DNA of 64,000 nt from Candidatus Planktophila sp. (GTDB lineage Bacteria; Actinomycetota; Actinomycetes; Nanopelagicales; Nanopelagicaceae): positions 4,925-68,924 of the forward strand of contig JBBAMX010000008.1 in NCBI GenBank assembly GCA_040402335.1. The letters run 5' to 3'. Numbering within the stretch: position 1 is the first letter of the stretch; the number at the start of each line of letters is the position of its first letter. Both the position numbers and the translations under genes were made by a program. The notes below the pieces were generated by a model. The model made no database searches and had not been told where the DNA came from. It saw only the letters and a list, made by a program, of their open reading frames with translations. Shown one piece after another: positions 56,647-64,000 of the stretch.

Positions 56647-59219
56647 GGCGTTAAAAGTTTCGAAAGTTGAGCGGTAATCTGCTCGATATCTGAAGATGTC
56701 TTAGCCAACCGCTCCCGGATTTCAACGACTACGGTCTCTGGCGCTTTAGCCATAAAGCCTTGATTGTCTAACTTAATCTGTGCCGTCTGCATATCTTTAT
56801 GAGCGTTCGCTAGATCTTTTTCCAAACGAGCGCGCTCAGCTACTAGATCGATGGCCGAGGTCAAATCAAACTCAACTTTGGATTTGCCAATTTCACAGTT
56901 CGCACTTGGCGTTATCTCACCTAGCTCTAAGCGCAAGACAAATGCCATAGCCGGTACATAATCAACGATATGAGCTGGTGCTAAAAATCGTGCAGGAATT
57001 TTCTGTGAACTCTTAATGCCTTGATCATTTCGAAATCTACGTACCTCGGAAATAATCTCTTGAAGTTCACCGATTAAATTTTCAGAGATTTTATCGACAT
57101 GATCTGCGTGCGCCACCGGCCATTGCGCAGTTACTAAACTCTCCCCACCGGTAAGCGCCGTCCACATAGTTTCGGTTATGAAGGGCATAACTGGATGCAT
57201 CAAACGAAATAGTTGATCTAAAACAAAGCCCAAAACCCGTTTGGTATCGGCGCAGTCTCCCGATGAGAAGCGCTCCTTTGAAAGCTCGAGATACCAGTCG
57301 CAAAGATCATCCCAAGCAAAGTGATACATCAACTCGCAGGCACGTGCGAACTCATAATCTTCTAGAAGTGAATCGACCTCGGCGACCGTTTGCGCCAAGC
57401 GGCTTAGAATCCACTTATCGATTGCGTTGAGTGTTGCGAAATCTGGTAAATCACCCTCAATATTTGCGCCGTTCATCATTGCAAAACGGGTGGCGTTCCA
57501 TAGTTTGGTAGCAAAGTTGCGCGAGCCACCAATCCAATCTTCGGCAAGGGCTTGATCTTTTCCGGGATTAGCACCGCGGGCCAGAGTAAAGCGCAGCGCA
57601 TCGGCGCCGTACTTATCCATAAACTCAATTGGATCCACGGTATTGCCCTTTGACTTTGACATCTTTTTACCAAATTGATCGCGCACTAATCCATGCAGAG
57701 CGATTGTGTGAAAAGGCGCCACCCCATCCATCGCAAATAATCCAAACATCATCATGCGGGCGACCCAGAAAAATAAGATGTCATATCCAGTAACTAAGAC
57801 CGATGTTGGATAAAACCTCTTTAAATCCTCGGATTGGGCTGGCCAACCCAGCGTAGAAAACGGCCACAGCGCCGATGAAAACCAGGTATCTAGCACATCT
57901 GGATCTTGTACATAGCCAGCCGGTGCAACCTCACCTGGGCCGACAACTATAACCTCATCATTTGGGCCATACCAAACTGGGATGCGATGTCCCCACCATA
58001 GCTGACGCGAAATACACCAGTCATGCATATTATCGATCCAGTCAAAATAACGCGGAGCTAACTCGGTAGGTTCAATCTTTACGCGACCATCACGAACGGC
58101 ATCACCTGCCGCCTTTGCAAGGGGCGCGGTTTTTACAAACCACTGTTTAGATAATCGCGGCTCAAGGGTGGTTTCACAGCGAGAGCAGTGGCCCACCGCA
58201 TGGATATATGGACGTTTTTCATCCATGATTCGACCTTCGGCGCGAAGAGCTTCAACCACGGCCGTGCGTGCATCAAAGCGATCCATTCCATCAAAGCGTG
58301 TACCTGAGCCAGCCATGACACCATGCTCGTTCATGATGACAACCAAAGCGATGTTATGGCGCATCGCCATTTCAAAGTCATTGGGATCGTGTGCGGCCGT
58401 TACTTTCACCGCACCCGTACCAAACTCCATCTCTACTAACTCATCGGCGATGATAGGGATATATCGGTTAGCAAGTGGAAGTAATACCTCTTTGCCTATT
58501 AAATGTTGGTAGCGCGCATCATCGGGATGAACTGCAACAGCGCCATCACCTAGCATCGTTTCTGCGCGTGTAGTTGCCACGGTAATTTGAATATCACCTT
58601 CGCCATACCGCACTTGAACAAACTCACCGGCATCATCGCTGTGTTCAACTTCGATATCAGAGAGCGCGGTTAAACATCGCGGGCACCAGTTAATAATTCT
58701 CTCAGCGCGATATATAAGTCCCTGGTCGTACAACTTCTTAAAAATCGTGAGCACTGCCGTTGATAGACCGGCATCCATAGTGAACGCCTCCCGCGACCAA
58801 TCCACACTATCGCCGAGCCTGCGCATCTGATCTAAAATCACACCGCCCGATTCACGCTTCCACTGCCAGACTTTTTCAACAAAGGCTTCGCGGCCTACAT
58901 CATGGCGCGTAATACCTTGGGTAGCTAACTGTTTCTCAACAACGTTCTGGGTCGCTATCCCTGCATGATCCATGCCGGGCAGCCAGAGCGCCTCAAAGCC
59001 CTTCATTCTTTTCATTCGAATTAAGGTGTCCTGCAACGTATGATCCAAAGCATGTCCGATGTGTAGCGAGCCTGTTACGTTCGGAGGTGGGATAACGATT
59101 GTGTACGGCGGCTTTGAAGAAGAAGCCTGGGCCGTGAAATACCCAGCGGCTATCCACTTTTCATAGAGTGGCGCTTCAATATCAGCTGGTACAAAGCTTG
59201 AAGCTAGTTCACGGTCCAT
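56643..59219 (-). CDS. valS: Valine--tRNA ligase
   Basis: PPPNVTGSLHIGH, WCISRQLWWGH, KMSKS. Confidence 0.98.
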   Translation of the reverse strand: MDRELASSFVPADIEAPLYEKWIAAGYFTAQASSSKPPYTIVIPPPNVTGSLHIGHALDHTLQDTLIRMKRMKGFEALWLPGMDHAGIATQNVVEKQLATQGITRHDVGREAFVEKVWQWKRESGGVILDQMRRLGDSVDWSREAFTMDAGLSTAVLTIFKKLYDQGLIYRAERIINWCPRCLTALSDIEVEHSDDAGEFVQVRYGEGDIQITVATTRAETMLGDGAVAVHPDDARYQHLIGKEVLLPLANRYIPIIADELVEMEFGTGAVKVTAAHDPNDFEMAMRHNIALVVIMNEHGVMAGSGTRFDGMDRFDARTAVVEALRAEGRIMDEKRPYIHAVGHCSRCETTLEPRLSKQWFVKTAPLAKAAGDAVRDGRVKIEPTELAPRYFDWIDNMHDWCISRQLWWGHRIPVWYGPNDEVIVVGPGEVAPAGYVQDPDVLDTWFSSALWPFSTLGWPAQSEDLKRFYPTSVLVTGYDILFFWVARMMMFGLFAMDGVAPFHTIALHGLVRDQFGKKMSKSKGNTVDPIEFMDKYGADALRFTLARGANPGKDQALAEDWIGGSRNFATKLWNATRFAMMNGANIEGDLPDFATLNAIDKWILSRLAQTVAEVDSLLEDYEFARACELMYHFAWDDLCDWYLELSKERFSSGDCADTKRVLGFVLDQLFRLMHPVMPFITETMWTALTGGESLVTAQWPVAHADHVDKISENLIGELQEIISEVRRFRNDQGIKSSQKIPARFLAPAHIVDYVPAMAFVLRLELGEITPSANCEIGKSKVEFDLTSAIDLVAERARLEKDLANAHKDMQTAQIKLDNQGFMAKAPETVVVEIRERLAKTSSDIEQITAQLSKLLTP

Positions 59220-59233
59220 AGGAGCACTCTAGA

Positions 59234-60520
59234 TTACGCGCTCTTCTCCTCTTGACCCTTTTGTCCTCGGCCCCGCTTTGGAATATCGCCCGAGTGGAAG
59301 ATGAACTCTGGCTGGGCGCCAGTTTGAATGCACTCCTTTGTCACCAAAACCTTTGCAATATCACTTCGGCTTGGAACGTCATACATGAGCGAGAGAAGTA
59401 CCGACTCCATTATTGCTCGAAGGCCGCGAGCCCCAGTTCCACGTAATAATGCCAGATCTGCGATCGCATCTAAAGCCTCAACTGAAAACTCAAGGCCGAC
59501 ATTATCGAGATCAAAGAGGCGTTGATACTGCTTGACCAGCGCGTTTTTTGGTTCGGTTAAAATCTGCATCAACGCCGCTTTATCCAGGTTTTCTACACTT
59601 GTTAGAACGGGCAAGCGACCGATGAACTCTGGAATCATTCCAAACTTTAATAAATCCTCGGGCATAACATCGGCAAATATATCTCGGCGATTTTTCTCCG
59701 AAGTGTCTTGAAGGGTCGCGTTAAAACCGACACCTGCCTTGCCACTTCGAGATTCAATTATTTTTTCTAGACCAGCAAATGCACCACCAACAATGAATAA
59801 GACGTTTGTGGTGTCGATCTGAATAAACTCTTGGTGTGGGTGTTTGCGACCACCCTGTGGTGGAACCGAGGCGATGGTACCTTCAAGAATTTTCAGTAGC
59901 GCTTGTTGAACACCTTCGCCAGAGACGTCTCTGGTAATCGATGGGTTTTCAGATTTCCGTGCGACCTTATCAATCTCATCGATATAGATAATTCCTGTCT
60001 CTGCTTTTTTAACATCATAATCGGCGGCCTGTAAAAGCTTCAACAGAATATTCTCGACATCTTCACCTACATAGCCCGCTTCGGTAAGTGCAGTTGCATC
60101 GGCGATAGCGAAGGGAACGTTGAGCATGCGCGCAAGCGTCTGTGCCATGAGCGTCTTGCCACACCCCGTTGGGCCGAGTAATAAAATATTAGATTTTGCT
60201 AACTCAATTGAGTCCTCGCGTGGGCCGCCCTGTACGCGCTTGTAATGGTTGTAGACCGCAACTGAAAGTGACTTCTTCGCGCGATCCTGGCCAATCACAT
60301 ATTGATCGAGGAATCCGAAGATCTCCTGTGGCTTTGGAAGTTCAGCTAGCCCAAGTGAGTTCGCCTCTGAAAGCTCTTCTACGATAATCTCATTACAGAG
60401 TTCGATGCACTCATCACAGATATAGACACCGGGCCCTGCGATAAGTTTTTTTACCTGCTTCTGGGTCTTGCCACAGAATGAGCATTTGAGCAGGTCGCTG
60501 GTTTCACCGATTCTAGTCAT
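59234..60520 (-). CDS. clpX: ATP-dependent Clp protease ATPase
   Basis: Zn finger [26 protein letters not shown]. Confidence 0.98.
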   Translation of the reverse strand: MTRIGETSDLLKCSFCGKTQKQVKKLIAGPGVYICDECIELCNEIIVEELSEANSLGLAELPKPQEIFGFLDQYVIGQDRAKKSLSVAVYNHYKRVQGGPREDSIELAKSNILLLGPTGCGKTLMAQTLARMLNVPFAIADATALTEAGYVGEDVENILLKLLQAADYDVKKAETGIIYIDEIDKVARKSENPSITRDVSGEGVQQALLKILEGTIASVPPQGGRKHPHQEFIQIDTTNVLFIVGGAFAGLEKIIESRSGKAGVGFNATLQDTSEKNRRDIFADVMPEDLLKFGMIPEFIGRLPVLTSVENLDKAALMQILTEPKNALVKQYQRLFDLDNVGLEFSVEALDAIADLALLRGTGARGLRAIMESVLLSLMYDVPSRSDIAKVLVTKECIQTGAQPEFIFHSGDIPKRGRGQKGQEEKSA

Positions 60521-60592
60521 GGACGAAGTTTAGATTCTTCACGCTCCTAAGGTGCGGTTATTTACGTTGGTGATTGTTCGCCGTGAGAATAA

Positions 60593-61816
60593 TTAAGCGG
60601 TTTTTTCTGGCATCTTCATATCTTTCACACCTGGAACTCGTAAAACGAGAAGGCAGATAATGACGTGAAAAACGCTGGCGCCAATGAGTAACTGCTTTTC
60701 ACCAAAGAATGAGACGGCCGGACCAACTAAAGCCATACCTAATGGCATCAAACCCATTGTCCCCATCTGGTCGATACTAAAAACTCGGCCCTGTAATTCG
60801 CGCGGGACTTCTCGCTGAATCGCTGAGTTCCAAAAAGCCTCCCACGGCCCGATTGAAATACCAGCGAAGAGATATGCCAGAACAACAAAACTCTGCGAGA
60901 TTGGAAATGCCAACGAGAGCGGAGCGATAATTAAAAGCATCCACACAACAACGCTAAATCTTCCTTGATGCTTAACTTTGAGTTTGACGCAGCAAATAGC
61001 CGAAATCACTCCCCCAATTGAAAAAACCGCGGCAGAGAGTGCGAAGGTTGAATTTGTTCCAAACTCTCGCCTTGTAATCACTGGTAAAAGAACGTTTTCT
61101 GCAGCGAGAACAACCATGAGTTGAATCGATGCCATCACAATCATGGCGCCGATCCATGGGATATCGCGCACAGTTCTGAGCCCTTCGCGCATTTCAACCA
61201 TGAAGGGCTCACGGGGCTTTTTATCTGAGTTAATATCCTCTTTAATCTGGGTTAAGAAATAAGTTCCAGCGGCAAATGCGACTGCGGTAAAGAGAAATGT
61301 TAATCGGCCACCGAAGAGAAAGACAAAAGCCCCTCCGATGCCAGGACCGATAATCGTGGCCGAGCGCACTACGATTCCGCGGGCTACGTTTCCTGCCGGA
61401 AGTTTATCTTCGGGAAGTAGAGATGGCATGATCGCCCCCGCCGAGGCCATTCCAAATGCATCCCCAATCCCCATTAAAAATACGGCGAGTGCGAGCAAGA
61501 TATGCGGAAGTTTTGGCGCCGAGATAAAGACCATCCCAAACACCAAGACCGCTCGAAATAAATCTGAGGCGATCATGACTTGCTTGCGCGGTAACCGATC
61601 AGACCAGACACCTGCAATCGGTGCAAAGATAACGGCCGATAAAACCCGAGCTCCTAAAATTAATCCTAAAGTTGTCGCACTTCCACCGGCATCTAAAACA
61701 GTTACTGCAAGTGCGATTGGAAATGCAGTTGCACCCAGAACAAAGATTGTGGTGTTGTACCAAAAGAGACGGTACCCCTTGTATGACCACAGGGAGCCCG
61801 CCTCAAATAGCTTCAT
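60593..61816 (-). CDS. MFS transporter (DHA3/MefA-like)
   Basis: About 12 TM, GVWSDRLPRKQVMIASDL, VPRELQGRVFS. Confidence 0.88.
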   Translation of the reverse strand: MKLFEAGSLWSYKGYRLFWYNTTIFVLGATAFPIALAVTVLDAGGSATTLGLILGARVLSAVIFAPIAGVWSDRLPRKQVMIASDLFRAVLVFGMVFISAPKLPHILLALAVFLMGIGDAFGMASAGAIMPSLLPEDKLPAGNVARGIVVRSATIIGPGIGGAFVFLFGGRLTFLFTAVAFAAGTYFLTQIKEDINSDKKPREPFMVEMREGLRTVRDIPWIGAMIVMASIQLMVVLAAENVLLPVITRREFGTNSTFALSAAVFSIGGVISAICCVKLKVKHQGRFSVVVWMLLIIAPLSLAFPISQSFVVLAYLFAGISIGPWEAFWNSAIQREVPRELQGRVFSIDQMGTMGLMPLGMALVGPAVSFFGEKQLLIGASVFHVIICLLVLRVPGVKDMKMPEKTA

Positions 61817-61825
61817 GGCTAAAGA

Positions 61826-62452
61826 TTACTTGACTGGCTTAGCCTTTCGAGATGCTAATACCTGATCGATGATTCCGTACTCAACGGCCTCGAGCGCCGT
61901 TAAAATCTTGTCTCGCTCAATATCTTTTTCAATCTCGGCAGCAGATTTAACCACGTGGCGAGCAAGTAGCTCCTCCTGCAAGCGCGCAATTCTTGCAATC
62001 TCTTTTGCTTGAATTTCAACATCGGATGCCTGTCCGCCACCTTCAGATGATGGTTGATGGATCAAAATCCGTGAGTGCTCAAGTGCATAACGCTTTCCCT
62101 TTGCGCCCCCAGCAAGGATCACAGCTGCAGCTGATGCCGCCTGACCCAGACAGATGGTGCTGATATCGGGACGAACGAACTGCATCGTGTCGTAAATCGC
62201 CGTCAACGCGGTGAATGATCCGCCTGGAGAGTTGATATAAATCATAATGTCACGATCGGGATCCATGGACTCCAAAGTCAGTAACTGCGCCATGACATCG
62301 TTTGCAACGGTGTCATCGATGGGCTGGCCCATAAAGATGATGCGCTCTTCAAATAACTTTGTATATGGATCTAGTCGTTTAAAGCCATACGCCGTCTTTT
62401 CTTCAATCGTTGGAAGAACGTAGCGAGCGCTAATCTCATGAAAGTTATTCAT
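61826..62452 (-). CDS. clpP2: Clp protease proteolytic subunit 2
   Basis: [34 protein letters not shown]. Confidence 0.95.
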   Translation of the reverse strand: MNNFHEISARYVLPTIEEKTAYGFKRLDPYTKLFEERIIFMGQPIDDTVANDVMAQLLTLESMDPDRDIMIYINSPGGSFTALTAIYDTMQFVRPDISTICLGQAASAAAVILAGGAKGKRYALEHSRILIHQPSSEGGGQASDVEIQAKEIARIARLQEELLARHVVKSAAEIEKDIERDKILTALEAVEYGIIDQVLASRKAKPVK

Positions 62453-63078
62453 TAGGCATTGCCTCCAAATACTTGACCATCCGATGTTGCAATGTGATCG
62501 ATAAATCCATAGGCCTTTGCATCCTCTGCGTTAAACCAGTTATCGCGATCAGAGTCGATAAGAATCTTTTCAAGGCTCTGTCCCGTGTGCTTAGCGTTGA
62601 TCTGCGCCATTGTGCGCTTAGTAATCGCCATCTGTTCGGCTTGAATACGGATATCGGTTGCAGTACCACCGATGCCACCAAGCGGTTGATGCATCAAGAT
62701 GCGGGCATTTGGCGTTGCATAACGCTTGCCCGGTGCCCCAGCAGTGAGCAGGAACTGACCCATAGATGCAGCGATCCCCATACCGACGGTTGCAATATCA
62801 TTTTTAACGTAATGCATCGTGTCGTAAATCGCCATACCGGCTGTCACCGAACCACCAGGAGAGTTGACGTAGATATAGATATCTTTCTCAGCATCTTCAG
62901 CGGCCAAGAGCAGAATCTGTGCGCAGATCGCGTTAGCCATTTCATCTCGGACCTCGCCCGCTAAGAAAATAATGCGCTCGCGTAATAAGCGGTTGTAGAC
63001 CTGATCATCTAATCCGATCATTCCGGAGCTAGCCGAGCGGGCCTGGAGCTGTCCAACTTGTGGGCTAAGAAAATCCAC
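62452..63078 (-). CDS. clpP1: Clp protease proteolytic subunit 1
   Basis: [27 protein letters not shown]. Likely start is GTG 63078 (SD AAGGA); ATG 63099 or 63105 are alternatives. Confidence 0.95.
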   Translation of the reverse strand: MDFLSPQVGQLQARSASSGMIGLDDQVYNRLLRERIIFLAGEVRDEMANAICAQILLLAAEDAEKDIYIYVNSPGGSVTAGMAIYDTMHYVKNDIATVGMGIAASMGQFLLTAGAPGKRYATPNARILMHQPLGGIGGTATDIRIQAEQMAITKRTMAQINAKHTGQSLEKILIDSDRDNWFNAEDAKAYGFIDHIATSDGQVFGGNA

Positions 63079-63194
63079 GTGTATTCCTTCCGAGTTCATA
63101 ATCATTTACCTGTAGTGACCCTAACAATGTTGCACGCGAAATGCTTCCCGATTGCGGAGAAATCGAGCGTAATAGTGGTGATGTTCGCTTAGGG

Positions 63195-64000
63195 CTAAAG
63201 CAGCTGTGATGGCTCAATCACATCAGAGATTTCAGGCGCGAGCCGCAACCCCGCTAGATCGATTGAGGCACCCGATGCATCTTTAACGCTTATGCGTCCC
63301 AGGACCGTGGCCAAGGCCTTTGCGCGAGTCACTTCGGCGACCAACTGTGAAATCTGTCCCGCCTTTTGTAACTCTGCGGCAAACTGCTCTGGCGCCATTC
63401 CATATCGCTGGGATGTGCGCATCAAATACTCGGTCAGTTCGATTTCAGTTACTTGAACCTCTTCGCTCTGCACAATTGCATCAAGCAAGAAATCTGATTG
63501 AAGTGATGAGCGAACCTGACCATCGACCTCGGCGCGATGTTCGGCATCCTCTAACCGGCCTTCGCCTTCAAGATGATCTTGGACTTCTTGCTCTACTAAT
63601 GACTCAGGTACTGGGATATTTAAATCTGCAAGGAGTTTTTCCATGAGGCGATCACGCGCCTGTGTTCCCTGCTCCATCTTCTTGACTCGCCCTAAGCGCT
63701 CAACGAAATCGCTCTTAAGTTCGGCTAAGGTATCAAACTCGGATGCAAGCTTTGCAAATGCATCATCTACAGGTGGAAGTTCGCGGACTTTAACCGCCTT
63801 AACTGTGGCCTGAACTTCGCCTTTTTCACCATCAACTTGGCCAACTAGTTGAGTTTCAAACTTCTTAGTCTGGCCTACCGACATGCCGATTAAAATCTCA
63901 TCAAGGCCATCGATCATGCGATCAGAGCCGACTTCGTATGAAATATCATTTGCCTGGCCACCTTCAACGGACTCACCGTTTATGAATGCATCCATATCGA
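63195..64000 (-). CDS. tig: Trigger factor (partial, 5' end outside window)
   Basis: FKBP-like YEVGSDRMIDGLDE, LPPVDDAFAKLASEFDTL, upstream of clpP1. Confidence 0.95.
   Translation of the reverse strand, partial: DMDAFINGESVEGGQANDISYEVGSDRMIDGLDEILIGMSVGQTKKFETQLVGQVDGEKGEVQATVKAVKVRELPPVDDAFAKLASEFDTLAELKSDFVERLGRVKKMEQGTQARDRLMEKLLADLNIPVPESLVEQEVQDHLEGEGRLEDAEHRAEVDGQVRSSLQSDFLLDAIVQSEEVQVTEIELTEYLMRTSQRYGMAPEQFAAELQKAGQISQLVAEVTRAKALATVLGRISVKDASGASIDLAGLRLAPEISDVIEPSQLL

Noticed and set aside
249-63646. Numerous 60-175 aa antisense or alternate-frame ORFs in the track (e.g. 1430-1789, 9463-9945, 34973-35443, 61338-61865, 62473-62964)
   Set aside because: They lie within well-supported genes, show no family motifs and are expected shadow ORFs.
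1-64000. Integrase, transposase, prophage or rRNA
   Set aside because: No ORF with recombinase, DDE or phage motifs and no rRNA-like sequence was seen.

Overview
This is a densely packed, streamlined actinobacterial chromosome segment. Tiny spacers, paired clpP1/clpP2, DUF4233 and an RNase E with a long N-terminal extension fit a small-genome freshwater acI/Nanopelagicales-like organism, but the taxonomy is inference. The right half (~34.6-64 kb) is housekeeping core: tRNA-Glu/Gln, gltX, phoH-ybeY, hrcA-dnaJ, lepA, rpsT, rne, the mre/rod cluster, ndk, folC, valS, clpX, clpP1P2 and tig. The left half (1-~30 kb) is a metabolic island that appears to encode a cobalamin-dependent methylamine (probably glycine betaine) demethylation and C1-oxidation system. 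It contains a betaine-type ABC importer, an aldehyde dehydrogenase, a pyrrolysine-free MttB-family methyltransferase, a corrinoid protein, a MetV/MetF pair, a pterin-binding methyltransferase, a RamA/RACo-type activator, DUF1638, a dimethylglycine-oxidase-like flavoprotein with EtfAB, Fhs, an NAD-linked Mo formate dehydrogenase, Moco genes and a stand-alone homocysteine methyltransferase (split MetH). Fine-scale oddities: the RamA gene has no canonical start codon for its [2Fe-2S] domain; FdsD is fused to FdsA; one FdsA Fe-S motif has lost a Cys; IclR- and GntR-type palindromes sit upstream of their regulators; and about 15 genes look leaderless, including two back-to-back bidirectional promoters. 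No CRISPR, integrase, transposase or rRNA was seen.
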